Source: Octopus sinensis (Eukaryota). From it: a stretch of DNA of 64,000 nt. The first letter of the stretch is position 1. Every line of letters begins with the position of its first letter. Below, piece by piece: positions 12,655-25,929 of this stretch. The position numbers and the translations under genes are program-made. Below the pieces are notes generated by a model. The model did not search any database. It had not been told where the DNA came from and saw only the letters and a list, made by a program, of their open reading frames with translations. Where the stretch lies: contig NC_042999.1 in NCBI RefSeq assembly GCF_006345805.1, forward strand, positions 41,354,001 to 41,418,000. Reading direction: 5' to 3'.

Positions 12655-13334
12655 TATTTACATATGAGCCTGTATAGCGAAAGTATGATACACTAAAGAG
12701 AAAGGCTGTAGCAGTGAAAATTGTAACGTATGTGTATTCAATCAAATGTTAAGAAAGAGGAAGAGTTTTAATTGACCGTATATGAATATTCTGATCATGG
12801 TTGGTTGGGTTTTAATTATTTAGAGGTCAAGTAATTTATGAATAGATGTTGTATTAATTACCTGCAATCATACATATAGTGACCAGTTAATTACATTCTT
12901 GCTTATATATTTATATTAAAGATTACAGAAAATTCGGCACTATTCCTAGACGCTAAATCTACCCTTTGTTTTTTTTTCTCTCAAATCTAATAAAAATTAT
13001 ATTTAAAAAATCTTTTGACTGAAACTCGTGCTGACATTAAGTACGTACTGAAAGTTTTCCAGTTTTATTAGCGAGCTGAAGGTAATTGAACAGCTTCCAA
13101 CTGGAAATTCAAGCCAAATAGTGACCGCCCGATCGGAACTTCACTTCTGTTGTACCGAGTACACTTCGCTTCTGATTCAACGGTTTAATTTTCGACACGA
13201 CACGTGGGTGTTGTAGTTTGAAGAACGGGAATTAAAAAGTGTGGTATATTGACTTCCTCAGGTGTAAGTTAAGTAAAACAACTCTAACTAGAAAATGTCA
13301 AGATCTCGATATACACCGAAAGCTTATTCACTAT

Positions 13335-13550
13335 TATTGGTTTGAAATTCTCGCACAACGCCAGCAATTTCAGGGATAGGATGAGTCGATTACATCGACC
13401 CCAGTGTTCAACTGGTACTCATGTTATCTACTCCGAACGGATGATAGACAAAGACGACTTCAGGGGAATTTGAGCTGAGAATGTGAAGACGGACGAAATG
13501 CCGCTAAGCATTATGCTCAGCGTGCTAATGATTCTGTCACCTCGCCGCTT
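13335..13550 (-). mobile_element. SINE family D2 (D head and body, alternative tail), degenerate
   Basis: Similar to D1 through gtcgattacatcgaccccagtg, then a different tail also seen at 19690 and 48.3-48.9 kb. Confidence 0.75.
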
Positions 13551-14937
13551 TTTGTGTCTATATTATCAGCAATGAATGACAAATGCTTTTAAAAATCTGA
13601 ACGAACACAGACGGTTCTAGTTGTTGGTTGGGGCTAATTTTCTTCCATAAATAATGCATTTCTATATTTAAAAAAATGAAATTTCAAAGCTCTGTCTCTA
13701 TATGAGAAAATTATTTACTTTATTGTAAGACAATGTTTTCTGTTATATCTATTTTTTTAATCTATGAAATATTAGAATATGCGAAAATAAACGTTGGCAG
13801 TTATTTTTGACAAATGGATAGGATATGCACTTACCTAGCCGTTACAATTCGTAAGCAGCTTACAGAATTCTCCTGCTAGAATTCAGGCACCTGGAAAATA
13901 TCATCAGAATATTTGTGTAGTTAAGGAAAAAGATAAAGAAGAGAAGAAACTAAAATTATTCTGATTCTGTGTCACAAAAAATTACTTTGCATAAAATTCA
14001 GCGTAATTTACGGTGACTTTCCAAAAGAAAAAAGTAGTTACTCTAAGGAATTCAATTCGTTTACGAAAGCGAGAATTCAGCTAAAATAGGTTATTGCAGG
14101 AAACATGAAAATGACCACAATCTAATCTATTCATTAGTTTCTGGATTCATGATCTGAATAATAGTAAGAATGAAGAAATGAAGTGGAAACTATATTTGTG
14201 AAAATAGGGTTGAAAAGTAAAATTGGAGACGAATTCAGCGAAATGAATGATATGAATACGATATTTCCGCTGTATCTCATTTATGAAAATTTGGTTGTTT
14301 CATTCTCCTAGAGCAAGATCCATTTTCTCGCCCATTTGAATCTACTGAGTTCTAGATTAACCCATTAGCATTCACATTCTTTTCATTAATCATGTACCAT
14401 CTCGTAGCTTCGAAATGTTGATGACGTGATTGTGTATTTTTAGAATGACATTGTAGGGTTGGTGTGAGAGATGGGATCTGGCTAATTTGAGCACTAAACA
14501 AGGAAAGTATTTGAGCGGGATGTGACCAGTTTAAAAATTCAGCGTATGGGCCCCATATGGCCAGTTTAAACACTAAAGTTTTAAGAACAAGGCGCACTGA
14601 AAATATATTATTGCATTCATCATTATCGACATCACGATTTTATTTTAAAGAGTAAAATATATAACGAAATAATCGACTAAACTATTTCCAAACAATTATT
14701 GTTAAGAAAACAAATACTGTTCTTCCAATATCCATTGTTCATCCTTCTCATTCTCGTTCTTTCACCCATCTTTCTCGCAATGTCTTTATGATTGTCAGAC
14801 ATTGAATTTCCCTATTTTCAGTCGCAACGTTCTGGACAATTTGTAGGTATAATAGATGACATTCACCTAAAATGCCACGAAACGATATCGAAACCGAAAC
14901 TATATGGTTATGAAATAAAAATAAACACCTCCACCAG

Positions 14938-15098
14938 ACGCAGGAGTGGTTATGTGGTAAGTAGCTTGCTTACCAATCACATGGTTCCGGGTTCAGTCCC
15001 ACTGCATGGCACCTTGGGCAAGTGTCTTCTACTATAGCATCGGGTCGACCAAAGCTTTGTGAGTGGATTTGGTAGACGGAAACTGAAAGAAGCCCGTC

Positions 15099-15152
<54 letters not shown>

Positions 15153-15368
15153 ATGTTTGTGTGTCTGTGTTCGTTCCTCCAAAATCGCTTGACAACCGAT
15201 GCTGGTGTGCTTACGTCCCCGTAACTTAACGGTTCGGCAGGAGAGACCGATAGAATAAGTACTAGGCTTACAAAGAAGAAGTCCTGGGATCGGTTTGCTT
15301 GGCTAAAGGTGGTGCTCCAGCATGATCGCAGTCAAATGACTGAAACATATAAAGGAAAAAATAAAGAA
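14938..15368 (+). mobile_element. SINE family A with internal (TA)n(TG)n
   Basis: Head GGAGTGGTTATGTGGTAAG...GGTTCAGTCCC; matches copies at 32403, 36219, 28458 and 61385. Confidence 0.9.
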
Positions 15369-16385
15369 TGCTGTTATGTCTGTGTTTGTTTTAAAATTTT
15401 CACAAAATCATACTGACAAGTACACAAATAAATACTAATGCATACATACGCACGAATGCACACTCATAAATGTAAATTGCTAATGCTGTAAAGGAATGTA
15501 TATTTGAGGGCAGCGCACAACTTTCTTCAAACCCCAATTTATCTTTATGAAATGTTTGGTTGACATTTAATGTTTACCTGTATTTGTATTATTATTGGTT
15601 TTTAGTTAACTGTGATTTATTGACACTTAAAATGCTTCTCAGATCTTAAACAATTGACTTTTGAAGTATTGGGTAACTATTAGTTGTTCAGGAGAAATAT
15701 CAACAACGTCGAATCATCCGTCTCCTGTTTCAGATGGTAGGTGTCCACCGGCACAAACTCTTCCACCAAATCACTCCTTTAAAATAAATTCATATAAGTG
15801 TAATAGGAGTGGATTTGGCAGGTGATGAAATCCTTGAGATTGGATCTGGCAGACGAAAACTGTTAAATCTGTCGTGCGTGTCTCACCACTACCTGACAAC
15901 CGATGTTGGTATATTTACGTCCTTGTAACTTAGCGGTTCGACAAAATAACCGATACAATAAGTACCAGGTTTCAAAAAGTGTACTGGGATCAATTCATTC
16001 GACTAAAATTTCTTGGAAGTGGTGCCCCGAACATGTTCACAGTCTGATGTTTAAAGCTAAAAAAAAAAACATTATGAAAATAATTACATTAAGGTTATTA
16101 TCTTAAGAGTAACTATAAAAATAACAACAAAACATTTACTTTCGTGGACAGACAATATTGTTTGTTTAAGCGGGAAGTCAAAATTTAAAGTCACAGTGAA
16201 AAGAAATTTTATTATAATGCAAAATACATTATAACCAAAACATTGGAAATGTTTTAGAAAATATACCTGCTGAGCAGCTGGTGTTTTAAAGATCTAGAGT
16301 CATATTCAAGGCATATCTTGATGGTGAGTATAGTTCTGCATAGAGAGATTGATCTGAATAGAATTACAACGTCTATGAACAGGTG

Positions 16386-16722
16386 CATAGCTCAGTGGTT
16401 AGAGTGTCGGACTTACAATAATGTTGTAGTACGTTCGATTCCCGGACTTGGCTGTATATTATAATCTTGAGCAAGACATTTTATTTCACGTTGCTCCAGT
16501 TCACTCAGCTGTAAAAATGAGTTGTGACATCACTGGTACCAAGATGTATCGGCCTTTGCTTTTCCCTTGCAAAAAACATTTGTGGCGTGGTGCGGGGAGG
16601 CTGGTATGCATGGGCGACGACTGCTCTTGCACAAACAAACTTGCCCGGACTTGATTCTCGGAGAGTAACTTTCTAGGTGCAATCCCATGGACATTCATGA
16701 CCGAACGGGGTCTTTACCCTTT
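16386..16722 (+). mobile_element. SINE family C
   Basis: tRNA-like head (TAGCTCAGTGG...GTTCGATTCC) and 12-bp TSD TATGAACAGGTG (16374-16385 and 16723-16734). Confidence 0.9.
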
Positions 16723-16829
16723 TATGAACAGGTGTAAGGAATGGTTCTGAGGCTATTGATTTTGAATGAGTTGCAGGTTTTGTTTCGGGTGGAACTAAGT
16801 AACAAAGAGAGTAGGTATGCAACACTTGA

Positions 16830-17400
16830 GATCCTGGTTAAGACGGGAGCAAACGGTGCACTTTAAGAAAAATCTCATGAACCGAGATCTAGAATGGATT
16901 CTTATTGATTAAATTCTTAATTCAGGCATCTTATTTCTACCGTATCTATCCAACTTATTCTGCTAGGTAAAGTTGGAGTAATCAGCTTTCCCCTTCTTTC
17001 CTGAAGAGAGAAACCGTTAGGTACACCTTCAGCAGGAGTCAAAAATCTTTGGACGAAGGGCGGTATTGTTCACGATATGACCAGGAATTGAAAACCATAG
17101 CAAACACCATCCCAGTAAGATTAGCCATTGCAGGCGCCTCTGCCTAAGTAGTCGACGATCGCTTTTCTTAATGCTGAATGCAGCGATTTTGCAGGCTAGT
17201 CTCTTTGTAGATATTTTCCGTAACCCCTCAAGTTAGTTTTGGCTATGAAAGCAACAGACACAGCCTTAATCTGGCTGTAGATCAGGGAGATGAAGGTAAC
17301 CTTGGATAGCTCGAAGTAGATAAAAATGTAGGGTGTAATTAAGATGCTTGGTAGCAGGATCGGGAAAGTGGTGGACAAAACGATTTGCTACATTTTATTA
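16830..17400 (-). mobile_element. Degenerate RTE-clade LINE C-terminal fragment
   Basis: Manual translation gives LRQRRLQWL...GHIV...RPKIF...ERRGK...RISWIDTV, resembling the RTE RRLRWLGH...GRP...W.D.V region, with stops and frameshifts. Confidence 0.55.
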
Positions 17401-18215
17401 CATCCTTTTGTGCTTTAATTTGAAATCACGTCGACGGCTAATTTGCCTTTTACTCTATCAACTTCTATAAAGGAAGTACCAGTAACATATTGTTCAGTCT
17501 ATATAATCAAGTATACTGTCTCCGAAATTAATGGATTTTTGGCGATTTTACAAATCATAATTAAATGATTATTTAAACAAGAATGAATAAGAAGGAAAAA
17601 CAATGAGTTTTTCGAATTGGCTTTGTTCCATATGCAACGTATAACGCATAGCAAATTCGAATAAAATCTTTATTAATTAATTGAAATAATTTCTTTAAGC
17701 AGCGGTACTAAATTAATGTAATCAATTTCATAATCTCATAATGATTTTTTTTAATGAACGACTTGAATTTATCATAAATAATGAATTGGCTTGAAATGTT
17801 AAGATATGCAAATCTTTATTCACGTAATCAGTAAAGACGCATGGAACAAGTGAATAATATTAAACTGCGTCATAAATTAGTTTCCCACAGAATGTATTGG
17901 TGTTTATCTTTGTGAAACAGGCTTCATTCCTCTCGCCAGAATGTCTTCATGTCTATTGAAGATATTATTATTCAAATATTCATATAAATTTGAAAATATA
18001 TTTTTGTAGCGGAAACATCAACTATTTTAAAGCATGGAATTGCTGGCATCAGTCGTACTGGCTCGTTCATTTTATTCGAATCTAAGCACAAATCCTTTGG
18101 ACATATTTAAGTTAAAGATATGGAGTATGTCGTATTTAAAATATACGATAGAGATTGTTTTCGTGATCATCCTTATTGGTAGTTTTCTTGTTTTTGTTGC
18201 CCAGCTCATGATATG

Positions 18216-18664
18216 TTACCACAGTGTATATAGCAACTACAAATTAAATAACTGTGCAGGCACCGTCAACTTTTAATATAAATTTGATGTACTAGAATGA
18301 AATATTCCACACCCACACATAATACATACCGTTGCTATTATGAAAATTGACCTAAGTCCGAAACGTTTCTTTTTCAGAGAACGAAAAATTAGTTCCACCA
18401 TTCCATTTCTTTCTACATGAGCAAGTTTCAGCTTAACAATAATACCTTGTTGGGTGCATAAAATCGTAAATCCATGTATGTATGATATTTTCAGTTGGAA
18501 ATATTTTTGCAAAACTGTCGTATGTGGAACTTACTACAATTTTCAAAAATACTAAACAGTTCATCTACAGTTCGACAATTTTTATCTGAAGGTGCTGGAG
18601 ATACAGTAGTTTGACAAAAAGAACCAACTATTGCAAGCAAAATTAAATATTGAAAAAGACGCAT
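18216..18664 (-). CDS. Candidate 3-exon small secreted or GPI-anchored protein, 88 aa (exons 18535-18664, 18330-18445, 18216-18236)
   Basis: Signal-peptide-like N-terminus; donors GTAAGT (18534) and GTATGT (18329); 89- and 93-nt GT-AG introns; frame consistent to the stop; hydrophobic C-terminus; AATAAA at 18071-18076. No homolog recognised. Confidence 0.35.
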
Positions 18665-19689
18665 TTGGCCAAATTTGGACATACGACAGTTTAGCATAAG
18701 CATGTAAACAAAGTGGCACACAACTACATTTAATGCTATTCATATAAATGTAACAGCCTTTCCTGGTTTTTCTTCCCTACTTCTAATAAATGTTGTGACG
18801 AACAGACAGACGAAGACCCGCTTTTCTTTTATTACAATAGACCACAAGGTGAAACTGAGAGAGTGTTGAAAAGTTAATCAACTTGAGGTAATGTTAATAT
18901 TCTAGACGACAAGCGAAACATGAAGGACTATTAAGGAAATATGCATACAATCTTTAAAGCAAAATTTCAACGCGAGCAAGCTTATGCCTTCAGACACACA
19001 TTCTCTTTAGGAACACAAAATCAGGAGAAATTGTATGTGTGTGTGTATGTGTGTGTGTAGGTATATATATATATGTGTGTGTGTGCGCGCGTGCGTGTGT
19101 GATGCACAAGCCAATGTAAAAGAAAGTACGAAATATATATAAAATAAATTAATATTTCAAAACAGTTCCGCTGGTAAAATTAGTTTCCGTAGTTTGGTGG
19201 AGAAATATTCTCATGCACTAAAAGTTTACATTGCCACACTTATGGACGTTTACAACAGATTATATATATATACATATATACATTGTGTATTTAAATCATA
19301 ACGTTTATAGATCATTTATCATATTTGACTCAAAAGAAGCTATATTTCGTAATTGTATCATGCTTATTGACGGTAAAAAGATTTAACGAAATGTTCTTTA
19401 ACTTATCATGTTAGGTATAATAAATACACGTTACATATCCTAACTGAAACAACGCCAGTTATTGGTCTCCTGTTGCTAGTCAAAGAGGTATGAATTCACC
19501 AACTAATTCAAGGCTTTTTAATACTACAACGTCCGTTTTTCTTGATGATGTGAATCAACGAATGTTAATTTAGACACACAACGTTACTGACGATAGAGAA
19601 TGAACCATGTTTTGAAAATTATAACTGAATGCTATAGACTTAGCTAAATACAGTTCCTAATAACGACAAATGTATTAAAGTAAAATACA

Positions 19690-19975
19690 TTTGGTTTCAA
19701 ATTTTGGCACAAGCCCAGCACATTTGTTGGATGGGTAAGTCGATTATATCAACTCTAATGCCGAAATTAAACCTATTTTATCAACACCCAAAAGGGGCTA
19801 AGCAAGGGGCTAAACACAGAGGGGACAAACAAGGACAGGCATAAGTATTAAGTCGATTACATCGACCCCAGTGCGTAACTGGTACTTAATTTATCGACCC
19901 CGAAAGGAGGAAAGGACGAAATACCGCAAAGCACTTTATACGGCGTGCTAAAAATTCTTCCACCTTGCCACCTTG
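19690..19975 (-). mobile_element. Composite of an older D2 SINE and a D1 3' part
   Basis: D2 tail at 19690-19795, D1 tail and body at 19803-19905, D head at 19915-19975. Confidence 0.65.
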
Positions 19976-20415
19976 TACTTGATGGTTATATTAAATGTAT
20001 TATATGATTGAAATGTATTATATGAGGGGATCAATAATGGCCTAGAGAGTTTAAAAGGTAATTAATTTTATATTTCACGTCAGAAGAGAAGGTCCATGTG
20101 ACAAAAACTAAATGAAGTACTTTTCGTTCTCTTAACTCACAAATGCACTTACCAGATGCATTGATACTAACAGTTATTCTCTTGTTGAAGAAGGAATATC
20201 ATTTAGTTGCTGGAGTATGTACAGTGTGTTATACGCAGGATTCGAGAGAACATTACGATATTTTAACTGATGCTTTGGATTGATTGAATTCTAATCACAG
20301 AGCCAACTAATTACTCGTGGTTCCAATTGACAGAGAGAGAATTTCTCTGATGGTTCTAAAATGTAAATATTCTAAGATGCTCTCTCTCTCTCTCTCCCCT
20401 CTCTCTCTCTCTCCC

Positions 20416-20463
<48 letters not shown>

Positions 20464-20486
20464 GTTGAATCCCTAGCTTCTGCACG

Positions 20487-20665
20487 CATTTTTTTTCTCT
20501 CCTTGTTTCTCTCCGTGTTTCTTTTCTGTGTATCTTTCTGTTGAAGAGCGTAGGCTCGAAACGTAAAGGACTCGTTTTATTTATACTCCTGAGCGCCATA
20601 CTAATACAATTGTTTGTTTGTACTCCACCTGCCTTCGTCTTTTGTTTATTTTCATAAAGCTTCCC
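20487..20665 (+). mobile_element. Probable Penelope-like terminal-repeat fragment
   Basis: Carries a minimal hammerhead-like motif and is bounded by (TA)n. The assignment rests on the known association of minimal hammerheads with Penelope-like elements. Confidence 0.45.
20533..20570 (+). ncRNA. Minimal type I hammerhead-ribozyme-like motif, variant core CUGUUGA
   Basis: Stem I TCTTT/AAGGA, core CTGTTGA, stem II GAGC-GTAG-GCTC, GAAA, palindromic stem III ACGT, GUA cleavage triplet. Confidence 0.5.
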
Positions 20666-20734
20666 GTTATATATATATATATATATATTAGATATATATA
20701 TATATATATATATATATGCATACATATATTCTTT

Positions 20735-21150
20735 TATTCCTTTACTTATTACAGTGATTCGACTGCGGCCAAGCTGGAGCACCGCCTTTAGTCAAACAGG
20801 TCCACACCGGGATTGATTCTTTGAAAGCGCAGTAATTATTCTATGGGTACGGTCTCTCGGACCGATAAGTTACAGGGAAAGAAACACACTAACATCGGGT
20901 GCAAAGAGATGGCGGGGTAGGGGAATAACGCACACATAAATATATACAGTTCCATGTGTCTGTATATATATATATGTGTGTGTGTGTGTGTCTATGCATG
21001 GGACAGGCTTCTTTTAGTTTCCGTAACCATATCCACTCATATGGCTCTAGTCAGTCCAAGGCTATAGAAGAACGCAGTTGGCCAAGTTGCCACGCAGTGG
21101 GACTGAACCCAGGAGCATATAGTTGTAAAGAAAGATTCGAACCACACAGG
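20735..21150 (-). mobile_element. SINE family A, degenerate
   Basis: Reverse complement of family A with an internal microsatellite. Confidence 0.7.
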
Positions 21151-21159
21151 CACGCACTG

Positions 21160-21188
21160 CGCATATATCAGTATATATATATATACAG

Positions 21189-21247
<59 letters not shown>

Positions 21248-21356
21248 CATAGAGATGTATATATATATATGTATATATATACGTATGAATATATATGTAA
21301 TTTTATATGTACATATCTCCACATATATATATATGCATACGTATATATCTACATAC

Positions 21357-21387
<31 letters not shown>

Positions 21388-21389
21388 AC

Positions 21390-21433
<44 letters not shown>

Positions 21434-21665
21434 GTTTACATGTGCATACATATACATATATATACATATCTACGTAAATATATATATGGATATATATATG
21501 TGTATATATACGTATATGTATGCATATGTAAACATATGTATATATATGCATAAGTATATATATATATATATATATAATATATATATAGATCAATAAATGG
21601 CGGGGGTTGTGTTTGACCGCACGTGGAGAAATGATAAGCAAGCACTTTTACAATTTTTCCTTGCT

Positions 21666-21698
<33 letters not shown>

Positions 21699-21728
21699 TA
21701 TATATTATATGTATATTTATATACATTT

Positions 21729-21760
<32 letters not shown>

Positions 21761-21810
21761 GTATATATATGTGTGTGTGTAGATATATATGTATGCATAT
21801 ATATATGTGG
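21160..21810. repeat. TA-rich microsatellite region
   Basis: Direct inspection. Confidence 0.9.
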
Positions 21811-21829
21811 AGATGTTTATAGAAAAATA

Positions 21830-22340
21830 CATATCCCTTATCTTTACATTCTTTTACACTTTTATCATGTTTTTATCAGGTTTTTTTACTTTTATTTCTA
21901 TTTCTATTTTTACTTTATATTTCTTTATACCCCCTTTACATCTACTTACAACCCTTTATCCTCTACATTTTTATATTATTCTATACTTACACTTTTTATA
22001 CATTTTTTATCCCTCGTCCCGAACTCTCGCCCCTCCATCTTCACCTCTATATATGTATTTATTATTTACATTACCTCAACATCCAATTTTCCTCATTCTA
22101 CATTGAGAGAAGAAAGAGATGGACGCTTCAACTCTATGCTGCTGCCGCATTATGTCGTACGTGAATGAGAGGATTTGCATCCCCAACCAAGAATTTTTGA
22201 TGTAACACATGTCCTTGTGGAAGCTGTTGTGCGCGGCTGAAGAAGGCCACAGACATACATTATGCATTGTTATAAACCTGTCTAATAAAGGCCCGAAACA
22301 TATGTACCGCTGAATCCTTCGCATCATGTTTTTATTTTAT
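21830..22340 (+). mobile_element. Probable Penelope-like element 3' fragment
   Basis: Ends in a canonical minimal hammerhead. The upstream part is decayed and only weakly protein-like. Confidence 0.4.
22233..22310 (+). ncRNA. Minimal type I hammerhead ribozyme
   Basis: Stem I GCGG(22233-36)/CCGC(22307-10), core CTGAAGA (22237-43), stem II GGCC/GGCC around a long loop, GAAA (22295-98), stem III AC-ATAT-GT, GUA cleavage site after 22306. Confidence 0.65.
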
Positions 22341-22431
22341 TTTGATCAATTTACTCCACCACCTACACCACCAAACGGTATACACAGGTGCTTATAATTA
22401 TCAAGTACTCACCCCGAATTTCTATACTCAA

Positions 22432-22474
<43 letters not shown>

Positions 22475-22558
22475 CATATATGTATATATATCCATATCTA
22501 CATCTATGTATATATATATGTGTGTGCATATAATGTATTTGCATATATATTATGTATG

Positions 22559-22604
<46 letters not shown>

Positions 22605-22629
22605 ATATATATATATGCATATATAAATG

Positions 22630-22664
<35 letters not shown>

Positions 22665-23929
22665 TTGTGTTCGTGTGTAGAGAGGGAGAGTGAGAGAGAA
22701 CATCTTACACCTCATCTTGTTTCAAATGAGCCAGTATTATAGTTTATAATCAAAATATGTAGATAATTATTAAGGTATTCAAAAGTTCACTGTGAATTAT
22801 TCCAAAATATTATCCGTTCTTATTTGTAAGAATATTTTTTTCATCTTGGAGTGAACTAAATTCCAGATTGCTAAATAACAAAAGATACTCAACAAAAACT
22901 GTTACTTTTCTGGTTATTTTTGTTACTCCACAATTTATCATACATTTCTTCTTGTACATAATTTCGGTAAAATATTTACTACAAAGAACAAGGATTTATA
23001 CCCACGCTGTTTTGAAATCTGATCATGTGTCTCAATGGTTTACTGACTATGAACGTTATTAAGGAATTGTCAGTACAACCCTCTGGACTCTTGCTTGTAA
23101 TCATTTCTGTTCACGTTTCGTCGCTTTACACTCGAGAAATAATCTCATTTATGTAACACGATAAAACTGACTCACCATGCTTACATAAGAACATTTATTT
23201 CAGCTTCACACAATTAGGGTACGATGCTGAATACTAATATTTCTCATATTATAACCTATTATTGTTTACAATTAATTATTTTACTTGGCATTGAGAGATG
23301 GACAGTTTATCAGTTGAAACACAAGCGGGCAATGACTATAACTTTTACGTTTTCCTAACAAATTGTCCAGGCTATATACGATTAAATAAAATGCAGAATT
23401 TTTCTCTCAGAACATTACAGGGAATTTGATTTCGATTCTGATCAATATATATTTGAAATATTTGGAATGAATGTTGACAGAATGCTTAATCTAAATTTGC
23501 CCTCTTCTTATATAATGCGCAAAAGGTCAATGTGTGCATACAATGTGAAAAGTGCTGCTGGCTTCAGTCCAGTAGTGAATGGGGAATACAAAGTGTCGAT
23601 TTAAATACTCGAAACAGTGTGAATGAAGTTGCAATTTTGAAGTTACTCAATTATAACCGTTTCTTGTACTATTCTTATTCTAGATGTAATTGCATGGATT
23701 CTATTCAATTTCCTATCTTCACTGCTCAGTATCTGCATAAGGCATGTTCTTAGTATTATTTGAAGTTATCGATAACCGTTAGAAAACATGTAATACTGCT
23801 GCTTTCAACTAATTTATGTATCAGTTCATTAATAACATAAACGGTCTTTGTTTCTTTTGCCAAGTTATATCTTATATCTGAACTCACTCTCCTTCTCTTC
23901 CTCCTCCCTCACTCTCTGTATATGTGTGA

Positions 23930-24447
23930 GTTATATACACAAGCATACAGATACATAAATACGCAGACGCGTTCATATATACATCCTTTTAAATGCATTA
24001 CATTGTATTGTGTAATTTCATGTATGCATGTCTGTCTGTCTATATATATATATACATGCACATATAAGGGAATGTATATACATACATATGTATATGCATA
24101 TATAGGTAAATGTATATAAATACATACATATATGCATATATAATATATATGTATAGATATACGCATATATGATATATGTATATATATATATACATATATA
24201 TATACATGCATGCATATATACATATGCATAAATACGCAGACACGTTCATATATACATTCTTGTAAATGCATTACATTGTATTGTGTAATTCCATGTATGT
24301 CTGTCTGTGAATAAATATATATATATGTAAGTATGTATGTATGTATATATATACATATATGCACATATAAAGAAATGTATATACATACATATGTATATGC
24401 ATATATAGGTAAATGTATATAAATACATACATATATGCATATATATC

Positions 24448-24500
<53 letters not shown>
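23930..24500. repeat. Microsatellite region containing a diverged ~275-bp tandem duplication
   Basis: ataaatacgcagac.cgttcatatatacat...aaatgcattacattgtattgtgtaatt occurs at ~23955 and ~24230. Confidence 0.75.
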
Positions 24501-24505
<5 letters not shown>

Positions 24506-25929
24506 ACTAAGTAAGTTTGTGCGAGTATGTTTTTGTGTGCGCATACACGAGAGTATAAATATTCCCAGTGATCCACATTAAACAAACAATCTTCGGAAAT
24601 TTTCGATAAAAGCAACAACCTATAGCGGTTGTTCAAATGATATGATAATAATCACAAACCATGCCATATGTTAACAACATTCCTTCTCTCACGACAATTT
24701 TCTGAGATTATTTATCTTAACCTTTCATATATATCCACCCATAAATTACTGATTAATGCATCTCGTCTAACATTGTCTTACCCCTACCCATAATGTTTTG
24801 TTGCAAAAAAAAAAAAAAAAATTCGATGAAAAATCTAAATAACGTAAAAATAAAGAAACGTCGTTGAGGTTTCATTTGAAGTTCCTGCAATGTTCTTGTA
24901 AGAATTTTCTTGAACAAATATAGCGTTTAAGTCAGGCTTACTGCTCGGTGTTCTAGACATACATGTTACGAGCTAATAAATCAAGTGCCTGTTACTTTCT
25001 GTTGATTTTTGGAGGTTATAATGGTGATGTTGATAGTGCAATTGTGTTGATTTTTGTTATCGTTGCTATCGTTATTACTATTACTTTTGCTGCTGCTGCT
25101 GCCGCAGCAACACATTGTGAAAGCTTAATTGTGCAAACGTATGATCGAATGTGTTTTGCAGACTCAGCGGTTTGATTTTCTTTTCCCTGCATTTTTTGGT
25201 AAAGTAGCATGTATGGCATGAAGTATGTTTTAGCAAGCGTATCTCACAGGACAACTAGTCAACTGTGGAGTCTTACATCGTTGACTTGTTTATGCTGATT
25301 TCTTACTATTGTTGGAGAATATATCATTGACGCTGTATCAGACTGTCGTGTAATAGTTGTGTTTAATGTTTAGATTCGAACCCTGGAAATTTATGATCAA
25401 ATGCATTCCAGATCTGACCATCCCGCTTCAGGCTAGAGTTGGATTTGAAAGATATACGATTCGTAAAAATTGTTCTTACAGAAAGAGTGCATCCCTTGTT
25501 TGGGGCGTAAAAAAATATTGTGTTTCTCTAAATGCCGATATGTGTCTTTCTGCTAATGCATTTGTGGTTGTTGCAGTTATGGTAAACGATTTTAGTCTGT
25601 GCTATCAATGATAATATGACTGCTGATATTCATGTAAATTATATACCTTTTATTGTTAATTTTCTTATCGTGTTGTAAGTTTCGCTGATAATTCAGTCGC
25701 TTTTGCTGAATATTTAAAGGCTTTGAAATATTTTTTATTATAAGCGCAATTTACAAATAATTATATGTATTACTAATTAAAAAAAACATGTGAAAAGTTA
25801 TTGCTATTTTGCAACAAATCAAGGGCTAATTGAACACACATATATCAAAACTATCTCAGCTGTGCCTTTTTTCTTTTCACCTCTGTTGTATATCGTACAT
25901 CGAGATGTACACTATCGAATGTAAGGCCC

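Noticed and set aside
13120-13270. Possible promoter or non-coding first exon (ETS-like motifs, GTAAGT donor)
   Set aside because: Short motifs are expected by chance, with no supporting downstream exon.
16386-16460. tRNA-like sequences at SINE heads
   Set aside because: They have A/B boxes but no complete cloverleaf, and they continue into SINE bodies, so they are not tRNA genes.
22868-23062. ORF with a hydrophobic, GPCR-TM6-like segment
   Set aside because: Short and AT-rich, which biases toward F/I/L; no flanking exons or diagnostic motif.
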